Assembly: GCA_964649545.1 (NCBI GenBank) | Contig: CAZYPY010000004.1 | Span: forward strand, 12,438-76,437 | Direction: 5' to 3' | DNA from: an uncultured Microthrixaceae bacterium | Lineage (GTDB): Bacteria; Actinomycetota; Acidimicrobiia; Acidimicrobiales; DATDAH01 | Length of the DNA: 64,000 nt | Part shown: positions 38,112 through 48,238 of the stretch, one piece after another | Layout: the number at the start of each line of letters is the position of its first letter | Position numbering within the stretch: position 1 is the first letter of the stretch | The notes under the pieces: model-generated | Told to the model about the DNA's origin: nothing | Database searches by the model: none | Seen by the model: only the letters and a program-made list of their open reading frames with translations | Position numbers and translations under genes: made by a program

Positions 38112-39444
38112 GGACGGTCCCCACCCCCGGGGACCCGGGACCAGGATCGGCGTCGGCGGCACCCGTGTCCTCCTCGGCATCGTCGTCGAGCAGCTGGAGC
38201 TCGCTCCCCCGCTCCGGGAGCACGCCGGCCAGGTAGTCGTCGAGCGCCTCGGCGTTGGTGACCTCACGCCCGGCGGCCTCGGCGAGCCGGTGACGGTGCT
38301 CGAGCAGCTCGTGGAAGAGCTCGGCGGGCTCCCGTCGGTCGCTGAGCTCGGCGGGAACGGCGGAGACCACCGGCTCGTAGACCTCGGACAGCCACCGCGC
38401 CGCGCCCACGGCGGCGGGGACCGGTCGCCCCTCGTCCTGCTCGAGCCACGCCCGGAAGCTCTCGATGTCCGCGAGGAGCCGGCGGGCCTGGTTCTCCTGC
38501 ACCTCGAGCCCGGTCCGCTGGCGCAGCGCACGGAAGTGGTGGCCCTCGTCGACGACCGTGGGCGTGATGCGCAGCTCCCGGCCGTCCTCCCCCGTGCGGA
38601 TCGCGAGCTCCTCGACGTCGAAGCCGAGGTCGTTGATGCGGCGCACGCGGGCGTCGATCCGCCACCGCTCGGTTCCGTCGACGCGCTCGGTGCGGGTCAG
38701 CTCGGCCCACAGCGCCTCGTAGCGGTCGACCAGGTCGTCCGCGATGACCACGGGGTCGACCGCGGCATCGACCCGCCCGGCGGCCTGGAGGTCGAGGACC
38801 CCGCCGACGAGGTTCTCGTGGGCGACCTCGAGGTCGTTGCGCCGCAGTCCGTCGCCGATCGACGGGCGTCGCTCGGCGGTCTCCGCGTCGACGAGGTAGG
38901 CCATGAGCCCGCCGGCGTCCCGTCGGAACAAGATGTTCGACGGTGAGCAGTCACCCCAGTAGACGCCGGCGAGGTGCAGGCGCACGAGGAGCACGACCGC
39001 GGCGTCGAGCAACAGGTCCGTCGAGGCCGAGTCCCGGGCGATCAGATACCAATAGGGCAGGGAGAAGTCGAGGTACCGGGTGATCAGCGCCGCCGAGCCG
39101 TCCGTCCCGCTCGGCCGTACCAGGCCCACCGCCTCGACCGCCGGCAGGCGGTCGGCCCGCAGGGCGCCCAGCACCCGGTGCTCGGCCTCGGCCCGGGGCG
39201 CCTCGGTCTCCTTGATGGCATAGACCCGACGGTCGTAGCGCACGAAGCGCACGACGTGGCGACTGATGCCGTGCGCCATCGGCACGAGGCGCTCGTGTCG
39301 CCACGTCGCGAGCGGCGCTCCCCACGGGAGGTCGAGGAAGTCCGGGTGCCCACCCCGCACCACGAGCTCCACATCGGGGAGGCCCGGGCCCATCGCCCCA
39401 TGGTCGCGCCTGCGCCGGCCCCGCGCGTCGGCGACCCAATTCAT
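38104..39444 (-). CDS. DUF4032 domain protein with N-terminal Kdo/RIO-like kinase fold
   Basis: 446 aa. Kinase-like core VYAIKET, GVYWGDCSPSNILF, YLVDAETAE. Long helical C-terminal region. Alternative ATG at 39393. Stop overlaps the convergent ABC ATPase stop by 8 nt. Confidence 0.75.
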
Positions 39445-39461
39445 GGAGTCGAAACACGCCC

Positions 39462-41024
39462 GTGACCTCGGACGGGCAACCTGCCGCCATCGCCACGCAG
39501 CCGACCGCCGAGCCCGCGTCGACCACCCTGGCCGGCGTCGACCCGTGGCGCGCCTACGACTGCGGCGACCGGTGGGACGAGATGCTCGGCCCCGACGGGC
39601 CCCGCACGGGTTGCGACGGCCTGATGGAGCTCCTGACCGCCCTCGGCCCCGGCCTGTTCGAGCGCCAGACGGCGGCCGAGCTCGCGATCCGCGCCATGGG
39701 CATCTCGTTCACCGTCTACGCCGAGGGTGCGAACATCGACCGGGCCTGGCCCTTCGACGTGATCCCCCGGGTCATCTCGACCCACGAGTGGGAGCGGGTG
39801 GCCGCCGGCCTCACCCAGCGGCTCATCGCCCTGAACCTGTTCATCGCGGACATCTACGGGGACCAGAAGTCCCTCCGGAACGGCGTCGTGCCGGCCGAGC
39901 TCGTCGGCGCCTCGACCAACTTCCGTCCCGAGTGCCGAGGCGTGCGCCCGCCTCAGGGCACGTGGGCCCACATCAGCGGCAGCGACCTCGTCCGCGACGG
40001 GGACGGCACCTTCTACGTGCTGGAAGACAACCTGCGGGTGCCGTCGGGCGTCTCCTACATGCTCGAGAACCGCCAGGTCACCAAACGGATCTTCGCCGAC
40101 CTGTTCCGGGACCTCGACATCCATCCCGTCGACGCCTACCCGAACCGCCTACGCGACCTGCTCGGCTCGCTGAGCCCCCGCCAGGGCGAGCCACCGGTGA
40201 TCGTCGTGCTCACCCCCGGCGTCCACAACTCGGCCTACTTCGAGCACGCCTTCCTGGCGCAACAGCTCGGCGCCCACCTGGTCGAGGGCTCCGACCTCGT
40301 GGTCGAGGACGACGTCGTGGCGATGCGCACCGTCGGCGGCCTCGTGCGCGTCGACGTCGTGTATCGCCGCGTGGACGACCTCTTCCTCGACCCGGAGGAG
40401 TTCCGGCCCGACTCGGTGCTCGGCGTCGCCGGCCTCATGCGCGCCTGGCGCGCCGGCAACGTCGCCATCGCCAACGCCCCCGGTGCGGGCGTCGCGGACG
40501 ACAAGGTCCTCTACGCCTACGTACCGGCGCTGATCCACTACTTCCTCGGCGAGGAGCCACTGGTCCCCAACGTCGAGACCTTCGTGTGCTTCGACGACCG
40601 CCAGCGACGCCACGTGCTCGACCACCTCGACGAGCTCGTGGTGAAGCCGGCCAACGAGTCGGGGGGCTACGGCATCTTCGTGGGCTCGGCGGCCACCGCC
40701 GAGGAGAAGGACGACGTGCGTCGCCGGATCGAGGCCGATCCCCGCAACTACGTGGCGCAGCCGATCCTCGCCCTGTCCACCGCGCCGACCCTGTGCAACG
40801 GTGAGATCGCTCCCCGCCACGTGGACCTGCGGCCGTTCGTGCTGTCGGGGGCGCGCCCCTACGTCACCAACGGCGGCCTCACCCGCGTGGCCCGCAGGAA
40901 GGGCTCACTGATCGTGAACAGCTCGCAGGGCGGCGGCAGCAAGGACACCTGGATCGTCGACCCGGACGTCGCGCGCACGCGCCCGGCGGTCTCGGACCAC
41001 CGTGGCGAGGGTCGCACCGGATGA
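39462..41024 (+). CDS. Circularly permuted ATP-grasp type 2 protein (COG2308-like)
   Basis: 520 aa, GTG start. Conserved blocks FTVYAEG, WPFDVIPRVI, VVKPANESGGYGIFVG, NSSQGGGSKDTWIV. Confidence 0.85.
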   Translation: MTSDGQPAAIATQPTAEPASTTLAGVDPWRAYDCGDRWDEMLGPDGPRTGCDGLMELLTALGPGLFERQTAAELAIRAMGISFTVYAEGANIDRAWPFDVIPRVISTHEWERVAAGLTQRLIALNLFIADIYGDQKSLRNGVVPAELVGASTNFRPECRGVRPPQGTWAHISGSDLVRDGDGTFYVLEDNLRVPSGVSYMLENRQVTKRIFADLFRDLDIHPVDAYPNRLRDLLGSLSPRQGEPPVIVVLTPGVHNSAYFEHAFLAQQLGAHLVEGSDLVVEDDVVAMRTVGGLVRVDVVYRRVDDLFLDPEEFRPDSVLGVAGLMRAWRAGNVAIANAPGAGVADDKVLYAYVPALIHYFLGEEPLVPNVETFVCFDDRQRRHVLDHLDELVVKPANESGGYGIFVGSAATAEEKDDVRRRIEADPRNYVAQPILALSTAPTLCNGEIAPRHVDLRPFVLSGARPYVTNGGLTRVARRKGSLIVNSSQGGGSKDTWIVDPDVARTRPAVSDHRGEGRTG

Positions 41025-42031
41025 CCGGGCGGGGGCCCGCGGGTGCCGACGCCGGCGAGGGCACGACTCGGGAGCCGGGGACGATGCTGTTGTCCCGGGT
41101 CGCGGAGAACGCCTACTGGGCGGGCCGCTACCTCGAACGGGCCGAAGCCAACGCCCGGCTGGTGAAGGCCCACACCGAGCTGTACGTCGACCTGCCCCGG
41201 TCGGCGGGCCTCACCTGGGCGCCGCTGCTGACGGTGACCGGCAGCGACGACGACTACCACCGCCTGCACGACCACCCCACCGAGGAGTCCGTGGTCTCGT
41301 TCCTGCTGAGCGACCCGACCCACCCGGGCTCGGTCGTCGCCTCGGTGGCCCAGGCCCGGGAGGACCTGCGGGTCACCCGGTCGATGGTGCCCCGCCGGAC
41401 CTGGGAGACCGTGAACGAGCTGCACCTCTGGGTGCGCGAGACCCGCCGCGACGGCATCGATCGCCGGACCCGACTCGCCTGGTGCGAGGAGGTCATCCGG
41501 CGCTGCCACCTCGTGGCCGGCTCGGTGTACGCCACCATGACCCGCGACGACGCGTACTCGTTCCTCGAGATCGGTCGCTTCGTCGAACGGGCCGACATGA
41601 CCACGCGCGTGCTCGACGTCGAAGCCGACATCCTCCTCGGCGAGGAGGGTCTCCGGCCCTACACCGACGTCACCTGGCTCGCGGTGCTGCGCTCGCTCGG
41701 CGCCGAGCAGATGTACCGGCGGGCCAGCGGCGGGGTCGTGAGCGGCGCCGAGGCCATCCGCTTCCTGCTCCTCGACCCGGCCTTCCCCCGATCGGTCGAG
41801 CACGGCCTCATCGGCGTCTCGCGCTGGTTGCTCGAGCTCCCCCGGCAGGAGGTCCCCATGGCCGGCTGCGCCGCGGTCGAGCAGCGCCTCGCCGACATCG
41901 AAGCGGCCACCGGGTCCGCCGAGGCGCTGCACGACCTCGTCGACGACCTCCAGGTGGGCCTCGAGCACCTCCACGACTCGCTGCGCCGGACGTACTTCCT
42001 CCCGGCCACATCCCTCGCCGGCACCGAATGA
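41021..42031 (+). CDS. Alpha-E domain protein (COG2307-like)
   Basis: 336 aa. ATGA overlap with the upstream gene; alternative start MLLSRVAENAYW at 41084. Family N-terminal signature LSRVAENAYWAGRYLERAE. Confidence 0.85.
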   Translation: MTGRGPAGADAGEGTTREPGTMLLSRVAENAYWAGRYLERAEANARLVKAHTELYVDLPRSAGLTWAPLLTVTGSDDDYHRLHDHPTEESVVSFLLSDPTHPGSVVASVAQAREDLRVTRSMVPRRTWETVNELHLWVRETRRDGIDRRTRLAWCEEVIRRCHLVAGSVYATMTRDDAYSFLEIGRFVERADMTTRVLDVEADILLGEEGLRPYTDVTWLAVLRSLGAEQMYRRASGGVVSGAEAIRFLLLDPAFPRSVEHGLIGVSRWLLELPRQEVPMAGCAAVEQRLADIEAATGSAEALHDLVDDLQVGLEHLHDSLRRTYFLPATSLAGTE

Positions 42032-42050
42032 CGCGCGCACACTCGTCACC

Positions 42051-44606
42051 GTGACCAGCACCGCCGGCCCGGGCCGGCTCGACGCCTACCGCGCGCGTCC
42101 CGACGCGCGAGACGAGATGGTCGACGAGCACGGCGTGGTGCGCGACCACTGGGCCGGCGTGGTCAGCGCGCTGGCGACGGTCCCCGACCTGCGCCAACGC
42201 TGTGCGGAGGCCGACCGTCTCCTCGCCGAGGACGGTGTCACGTACCACGTCACCAGCGGCGCCCAGCCCGGGCCCCGCCCCTGGATCACCGATCCCGTGC
42301 CGCTGCTCCTGCCCGCCGACGAGTGGGCCGACGTCGAGCGGGGCGTCGCCCAGCGCGCGCTGCTGCTCGACCGCGTCCTCGACGACCTCTACGGCGACCG
42401 GGCCCTGATCCGTCGTGGCGTCCTCCCGCCCGAGGTCGTCTTCGCCCACCCCGGGTTCCTCCACCAGTGCGACGGCATCCGCCTCCCGGGAGCCCACCAG
42501 CTCTTCCTCACCGCCACCGACCTGGCCCGCGGCGCCGACGGGCGCCACGTGGTGCTCTCCGATCGCACCCAGGCACCCTCCGGGGCCGGCTACGCGCTCG
42601 AGAACCGCGTGGTCGTCTCGCGGGTCCTCCCAGGCCTGCATCGCGATGCCCAGGTGCAGCGCCTCGCCCCGTTCTTCCGCGCCTTGCGATCGTCGCTGCA
42701 CGAGGTCGCGCCGCCGAGCGAGGACACCCCCCGGATCGTGGTGCTGACGCCCGGGCAGTGGAGCGAGACCGCCTTCGAGCACGGGTACCTCGCCGCCCAG
42801 CTCGGCGTGCCCCTCGTGCAGGGCGCAGACCTCCGTGTCCGAGACGGCCGGGTCTGGCTGCGCGCCCTCGACCGCCTCGACCCGGTCCACGTCATCGTGC
42901 GCCGGGTCGACGCGAGCTTCTGCGACCCGGTCGAGCTCCGGCCCGACTCGAACCTCGGCGTCCCCGGCCTGCTCGAGGCTTGCCGCACCGGTGCGGTGGC
43001 CGTCGTGAACACGCTGGGCAGCGGCGTGCTGGAGAACCCCGCGCTGCTCCCCTACCTCGGCGCGGCCTCGGAGGCGCTGCTCGACGAACCGCTGCGCCTG
43101 CCCTCGGCCCCGACGTGGTGGTGCGGCGACGCGACCGGGCGCGCCCACGTGCTCGCCCACCTCGACGAGCTCGTGGTCAAGCCCATCGCCCGCGACCCCG
43201 ACACCGCCACCGTGGTCGGCTGGCGGCTCTCGTCGGCCGAGCGGGACCTCCTGCGCCGGCGCATCGAGGCCCGACCCCACCAGTGGGTCGGCCAGCGGCC
43301 CGTGGCCGTGGCCACCGCGCCCACGGTGGTCGACGGCGGCCTCGTGCCCCGACGGACCATCCTGCGCACGTTCGCCGTGGCGCGGTCCGGCGACTACGCG
43401 GTCATGCCCGGGGGTCTCAGCCGCGTCGCCCCCGACCCCGACGGCGAGCTCATCACGAACCAGGCCGGCGCGCTCAGCAAGGACACCTGCGTGGTCGCGA
43501 CCGAACCCGAGCGCCTCACCGGGTTCTGGCTCCAGCCCGACGGCGACGAATCGGCACCGCTGCTCATCACCGCCGGATCGGCGACCTCGCCGCGCACCGC
43601 GGAGCACCTGTTCTGGATGAGTCGGTACGCCGAGCGGGCCGAAGGCCTCGCCCGGCTCCTCCGCGTCGTCGCGGACCGGCGCAACGAGTTCGCGTCCGGA
43701 GCCACGCCGGCCGGCGTGACCAGCGTCCGTGCCCTGCTCGTCGCGGCCACCGCGGTCTCGGGCACGTGGCCGGGCTTCACCGGCGACGGGGCCACCCAGC
43801 GCCTCGCCGCCCCCGACGCAGAACTGCGCTCGCTGCTCGCCGACGACGAGCGGCCCGGTTCGCTCGCGTTCGATCTCCGCCACATGCTCGACGCCGCCGC
43901 AGAAGTCCGAGACCTGCTCAGCGGCGACACCTGGCTCGTCGTCGGCCACCTCGACCGAGATCTCGACGACCTCCGCAGTCGCTCCGGGACCGCCCCGGAC
44001 CAGGCCGCGCTCGGCCGGGTCATGCAGGCGCTGCTCGCCCTGTCGGGCCTCGCCGCCGAGAGCACGGTGCGCGACGCCGGCTGGCGGTTCCTCGAGGCCG
44101 GCCGGCGCATCGAGCGGGCCCTGCACATCTGCTCCCTCCTCCGGGCCACCGTCACCGAGGCGCGGGGCACCGCCACCGACAGCCTCGTGCTCGAATCCGT
44201 CCTGATCGCGGCGGAGAGCATCATCACCTACCGTCGGCGCTACCGATCCCGCGCCCAGGTCGACACCGCGCTCGACCTGCTCGTGCTCGACCCCGAGAAC
44301 CCCCGCTCGCTCTCGTTCTCCGTCGCGGCGCTCGCCGGAGCCGTCGACGAGCTCCCCACCGCCGACGATCGACCCTCGACCGCGGTGGCGGGGAACGTCA
44401 CCCGCCTCCGCGCCCTGGTGGCCGCCGCCGACACCGCGGCCCTGGCCGCGGTCGACGACGACGGTCGCCGAGGGGCGCTGGTGGTGTTCCTCGACGAGCT
44501 GATCTCGCGACTCGAGCGGGTCGCCGAGGCCCTCGACGCCGAGCACTTCAGCCACCAGCTCCCCCAGCGGACCGTGTTCACCCCGAACGACCCGGGGCGG
44601 CCGTGA
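42051..44606 (+). CDS. Fused circularly permuted ATP-grasp plus alpha-E protein (851 aa)
   Basis: N-terminal ~480 aa are paralogous to 39462..41024 (AFEHGYLAAQLGVPLVQGADL, ELVVKP, GGLSRVA, SKDTCVV). The C-terminal half has an alpha-E signature (RTAEHLFWMSRYAERAE). Confidence 0.85.
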   Translation: MTSTAGPGRLDAYRARPDARDEMVDEHGVVRDHWAGVVSALATVPDLRQRCAEADRLLAEDGVTYHVTSGAQPGPRPWITDPVPLLLPADEWADVERGVAQRALLLDRVLDDLYGDRALIRRGVLPPEVVFAHPGFLHQCDGIRLPGAHQLFLTATDLARGADGRHVVLSDRTQAPSGAGYALENRVVVSRVLPGLHRDAQVQRLAPFFRALRSSLHEVAPPSEDTPRIVVLTPGQWSETAFEHGYLAAQLGVPLVQGADLRVRDGRVWLRALDRLDPVHVIVRRVDASFCDPVELRPDSNLGVPGLLEACRTGAVAVVNTLGSGVLENPALLPYLGAASEALLDEPLRLPSAPTWWCGDATGRAHVLAHLDELVVKPIARDPDTATVVGWRLSSAERDLLRRRIEARPHQWVGQRPVAVATAPTVVDGGLVPRRTILRTFAVARSGDYAVMPGGLSRVAPDPDGELITNQAGALSKDTCVVATEPERLTGFWLQPDGDESAPLLITAGSATSPRTAEHLFWMSRYAERAEGLARLLRVVADRRNEFASGATPAGVTSVRALLVAATAVSGTWPGFTGDGATQRLAAPDAELRSLLADDERPGSLAFDLRHMLDAAAEVRDLLSGDTWLVVGHLDRDLDDLRSRSGTAPDQAALGRVMQALLALSGLAAESTVRDAGWRFLEAGRRIERALHICSLLRATVTEARGTATDSLVLESVLIAAESIITYRRRYRSRAQVDTALDLLVLDPENPRSLSFSVAALAGAVDELPTADDRPSTAVAGNVTRLRALVAAADTAALAAVDDDGRRGALVVFLDELISRLERVAEALDAEHFSHQLPQRTVFTPNDPGRP

Positions 44607-45511
44607 CCTTCAAGGTCGTGCACCGAACCGAGTACCGGTACCCGAGCGAGGTGCACTCCTGCTACGGCGAGGCACGCCTGCACCCCCGGGAGCTCCCGGG
44701 CCAGCAGTGCTACGCGACGACGCTGTCGGTCGACCCCTTCCCCGAGGAGTACCGGGTCCGGCGCGACTTCTTCGGCAACCGGGTCGCGCACTACTCGGTG
44801 CTCGAACCCCACACCGTCCTCGTCGTGACCGCCACGAGCGTGGTCGACGTCCGGGGCCGCCAGACGATCCTCCCGGTCGTGAACGGCCGCCCGTGGCAGG
44901 ACGTCCGCGACGAGTTGCACGCCGCCACCGACGCGGAGGGCCTCGACGCCCGCCAGTTCACGCTCCCCTCCCCGGCCGCGGGCCCGTCGGCCGGCGCGGC
45001 GGCCTACGTGGCCCGCTCGTTCCCACCGGCTGCGGGGATCGTGGACGGCCTCGCGGATCTGGCGCACCGCATCCGCACGGACTTCGACTACCGCCCCGGC
45101 TCGACCGACGTCGACACCAGCGTCGACGAGTTGCTCCAGCGGGGTGCGGGCGTCTGCCAGGACTACGCCCACCTCGCCATCACGGGCCTACGGGCCCTCG
45201 GCCTGGCCGCCCGGTACGTCAGCGGGTACCTCGAGACCGCGCCGCCACCCGGCTCCGCTCGGCTCCAGGGCGCCGACGTCTCCCACGCCTGGGTGGCGGT
45301 GTACGTGCCCGGCGCGGGGTGGCTCGACCTGGACCCCACCAACGACCAGTTCGTCGACGACCGGTACGTCACCGTGGCCTGGGGTCGCGACTACGGCGAC
45401 GTGCCCCCGTTGAAGGGGGTCATCTTCACCGAGAGCACCTCCCACGAGCTCACCGTGTCGGTGGACGTGACGCCGGTGCCCGACGACGACCCGTCGCTGA
45501 GCGTCGCCTGA
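44603..45511 (+). CDS. Transglutaminase-like cysteine protease family protein
   Basis: GTG 44603 overlaps the upstream stop (GTGA). N-terminal Bact_transglu_N-like HRTEYRYPSEV. Catalytic GAGVCQDYAHL ... SHAWVAVYVPGAGWLDLDPTN. Confidence 0.9.
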   Translation: MTFKVVHRTEYRYPSEVHSCYGEARLHPRELPGQQCYATTLSVDPFPEEYRVRRDFFGNRVAHYSVLEPHTVLVVTATSVVDVRGRQTILPVVNGRPWQDVRDELHAATDAEGLDARQFTLPSPAAGPSAGAAAYVARSFPPAAGIVDGLADLAHRIRTDFDYRPGSTDVDTSVDELLQRGAGVCQDYAHLAITGLRALGLAARYVSGYLETAPPPGSARLQGADVSHAWVAVYVPGAGWLDLDPTNDQFVDDRYVTVAWGRDYGDVPPLKGVIFTESTSHELTVSVDVTPVPDDDPSLSVA

Positions 45512-45526
45512 ACCGAGCGGGAAGCC

Positions 45527-45940
45527 CTAGTGGCCTTCGTTGGCGGCGAGTTGTCGTGCCACCGCTTCGAGCAGCGGGGCGTAGAGGTCGGGGTACTCCT
45601 CGAGCAGGCCCTTGAAGTCCCGGCGCTCGATGACCTCGACGACCATGTCGGTCTTCGCCCGGACGGCGGCGTTGCGGGGCTGGTCGAGGAGCAGCGCGGT
45701 CTCGCCGAAGAAGGTGCCCGGACCGAGGGTGGCCACGACCTCGCCGCCCCGGACCACCTCGGCCTCACCCTCGGCGACGAGGAAGAACTCGCGGCCGGTG
45801 GCGCCCTCGCGGATGAGCTCACGGCCGGCGTCGATGTCGAGCACGGTGGCGAGCGCGGCTACGGAGGCGAGCTGACGGTTGTCGAGGTGCTCGAAGAGCG
45901 GGATGGCGGCGAGGCGTTCGTCGATCGGCGGTCGGCGCAT
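45527..45940 (-). CDS. Stand-alone cyclic nucleotide-binding domain protein
   Basis: 137 aa. GREFFLVAEGEAEV ... FFGETALLLDQPRNAAVRA. No output domain. Confidence 0.85.
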   Translation of the reverse strand: MRRPPIDERLAAIPLFEHLDNRQLASVAALATVLDIDAGRELIREGATGREFFLVAEGEAEVVRGGEVVATLGPGTFFGETALLLDQPRNAAVRAKTDMVVEVIERRDFKGLLEEYPDLYAPLLEAVARQLAANEGH

Positions 45941-46087
45941 GGCGACTCCTCGGTCGGTGGCGATCTCGGCGAGACGCTACTCGCCCGACGGGCCACGCGA
46001 ACGCCCTTCCCGCACGTGCTGCGAGCCGCTCGTGCCGGCGCGTCCCCGACGACTCCTCCGGCGACCGTCGTCGACCATGATCAGGGG

Positions 46088-47113
46088 GTGCACGTGGCCG
46101 CGGGGATGGACCCCGCCCTCCCCCTCGCCGCCGTCGCCGCCCACGCGCGGCGCGTCGAGGCCCTCGGGTTCGACGCGCTCCACGTCGCCGAGATGGTGAA
46201 CGACGCGTTCGTGGTGAGCGCGCTGGCCCTCGAGCACACCGAGCGGCTGACGGTCCGCACCTCGCTCGCCGTGGCCTTCGTGCGCAGCCCCATGCAGGTC
46301 GCACTCACCGCGTGGTCCCTCGCCCGACTCGCGCCCGGGCGCTTCGATCTCGGGTTGGGCACCCAGATCAAGGCCAACGTGACCGAGCGCTTCGGCGTGG
46401 CCTGGGCCGATCCCATCGAGCGCATGGCCGACTACGTGGCCGCGGTCCGGGCCTGCTTCACCGCCTTCGCCGGGGAGGCGCCGCTGCGCCACGAGAGCAC
46501 CCACTACCGCCTCACCCGCCTCCAGCCGGAGTTCGACCCCGGACCGCTCGACGGGCCACCGCCCCCGATCTGGCTCGGCGGCGTGGGCGACCGGTCGTGC
46601 CGCCTCGCCGGCCGCATCGCGGACGGATTCGTCACCCACCCCACCAACTCCGACCCCCGCTACGTCACCGAGGTGTGCCTCCCGGCGCTGGCCGCGGGAA
46701 GGGAGGCGACTGGCCGCGCTCCCGGCGAGCTGCGGGTCGTCGCCGGCGGCATGGTGGCGACGGGCCCCGACGACGCCTCCGTGGCCGCGGCCCGCGAGGA
46801 GCGCCGCCGCCGCCTCGGCTTCCTGTTCAGCACCCCGGCCTACCGCCGCGCCCTCGAGCTGCACGGCTGGGAGCACCTCGGGTCCCGGCTGCGCGCCCTC
46901 GCCCGCGCCGACCGCTGGGCGGACATGGCCGGAGCGGTCAGCGACGAAGTGCTCGACACCGTCGTGGTGTCGGCCCCGTACGACGGCCTGGCGGCCGCGC
47001 TGGCCGACCGGTACCTGGACCTGGTGGACGGTGTGCTGTTGCAGCTGCCCGCCGATCCCGCCGACGACGAGGCCCTCGCCGCCGCCGTCGCCGAGCTCCG
47101 GGCCCGGTCCTAG
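46088..47113 (+). CDS. LLM-class (luciferase-like) F420-dependent oxidoreductase family protein
   Basis: In frame of ORF 45530..47113, whose first ~186 aa are antisense to the cNMP gene. GTG 46088 (alternatives 46094, 46106). Blocks GFDALHVAEMVND, LGLGTQIKANV, IWLGGVG. Confidence 0.8.
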   Translation: MHVAAGMDPALPLAAVAAHARRVEALGFDALHVAEMVNDAFVVSALALEHTERLTVRTSLAVAFVRSPMQVALTAWSLARLAPGRFDLGLGTQIKANVTERFGVAWADPIERMADYVAAVRACFTAFAGEAPLRHESTHYRLTRLQPEFDPGPLDGPPPPIWLGGVGDRSCRLAGRIADGFVTHPTNSDPRYVTEVCLPALAAGREATGRAPGELRVVAGGMVATGPDDASVAAAREERRRRLGFLFSTPAYRRALELHGWEHLGSRLRALARADRWADMAGAVSDEVLDTVVVSAPYDGLAAALADRYLDLVDGVLLQLPADPADDEALAAAVAELRARS

Positions 47114-47151
47114 TTCCTCTTCGAGATCGGGCGGCCACGCTCGGCCCCAGG

Positions 47152-48159
47152 TCAGCCCGCGCTCTTCTCCCAACGGAACGTCACGACGAGGGGCGGGTGG
47201 TCGCTCAAGGGCTCGCCGTCGGCGCGGGTGAACCTCTCCGTCGGGTTGTCGTGGGCGAGAGCCTCGAGGGTGGCCCCGCCGCTGCTGCGGAACGCGGCCT
47301 TGTCGATCGCGCCCGGGTCCTCGCAGTCCAGCGCGGCGCAGACGTCGGTGAGCCCGGTGCGGTCGAGGAACGCCTCCCAGATGGCGAGGTCGCCCTCACC
47401 CTCGGGGTTGTCGGGGTCGACGGGGTCGTCGGTGTGCAGGTTGGTGTCGCCGGCGAGCAGCACGGGCCGTCCGTCGGAGTGCTCCTCGATGAAGGCCGCG
47501 AGTTGGTCGTAGTCGTCCGCCTGGAGCGCCTGGTCGTCGGGCGTGCCGCCCGCCTCGGCGTGCAGGTCGTACACGTCGACCTCCACCCCCTCGGCGAGGG
47601 TCACGGTGGTCAGGAGGAAGCCCTTCTGGGCCAGGCAGTCGCCGGCACCGCCCCGGCTCGTGTCCGCACCGCCGAAGCAGCCCACCCAGCGCTCCCGGGT
47701 CACCTCCCCGAGGGGGAAGCGGGAGAACACGTTCAGCCCGTCAGCGAGGATCGCCTCGGGTCGGGTGGCGTCGCCCCCGAGGGGCAGCGGCGCCGACTCG
47801 GTGCGGTGCTCGAAGTCGACTCGTGACTCGAGCTCCTCGTGGTACACCCGCAGCGGCGCCATCGGGTTCGGGTCGGGCGTCTTCCACGTCTCCTGGAGCA
47901 GCACGAGGTCGTAGTCGTTCAGGAGTGGGCCGATGAGCGGCATGTTCTCGGCCGGCTCGGAGCCGGACAGGACCTCGGGCAGCCCCGCCACGTTGTACGA
48001 GAGGAGCTCGAGCTCGCCGGCCGCCCCGGCGACCGCGGTCGTCGTGGCGGTGCCCGACGCGCCGGCCGCCCCAGGGTCGCCGCTGTCGCTGGAGCACGCC
48101 GAGACGAGCACGGCGACGGCCAGGACGAAGGTGAACAGCCGGTGGCGCACGGGTGACAC
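47152..48159 (-). CDS. Endonuclease/exonuclease/phosphatase (EEP) family lipoprotein, sphingomyelinase-like
   Basis: ORF 47152..48399 trimmed to GTG 48159 or 48150. Signal peptide with lipobox VLVSACSS. LLSYNVAG, LVLLQETW, LAGDTNL, SDHPPLVVTF. Confidence 0.8.
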   Translation of the reverse strand: MSPVRHRLFTFVLAVAVLVSACSSDSGDPGAAGASGTATTTAVAGAAGELELLSYNVAGLPEVLSGSEPAENMPLIGPLLNDYDLVLLQETWKTPDPNPMAPLRVYHEELESRVDFEHRTESAPLPLGGDATRPEAILADGLNVFSRFPLGEVTRERWVGCFGGADTSRGGAGDCLAQKGFLLTTVTLAEGVEVDVYDLHAEAGGTPDDQALQADDYDQLAAFIEEHSDGRPVLLAGDTNLHTDDPVDPDNPEGEGDLAIWEAFLDRTGLTDVCAALDCEDPGAIDKAAFRSSGGATLEALAHDNPTERFTRADGEPLSDHPPLVVTFRWEKSAG

Positions 48160-48238
48160 CCTGGCACACGTCGCCTCGGGGAGGTGGCCGATCCGCCACC
48201 GCGTCGACAGCCGAGCCGCACCCTGGGAGGATGCCCAC

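Noticed and set aside
41808-44555. 915-aa minus-strand ORF opposite the fused ATP-grasp/alpha-E gene, and the 1062-aa plus-strand ORF 42323..45511
   Set aside because: The minus-strand ORF is an antisense shadow. The first ~760 aa of the 1062-aa ORF are out-of-frame Arg/Pro junk, and only its last 302 aa (from GTG 44603) form the transglutaminase gene.
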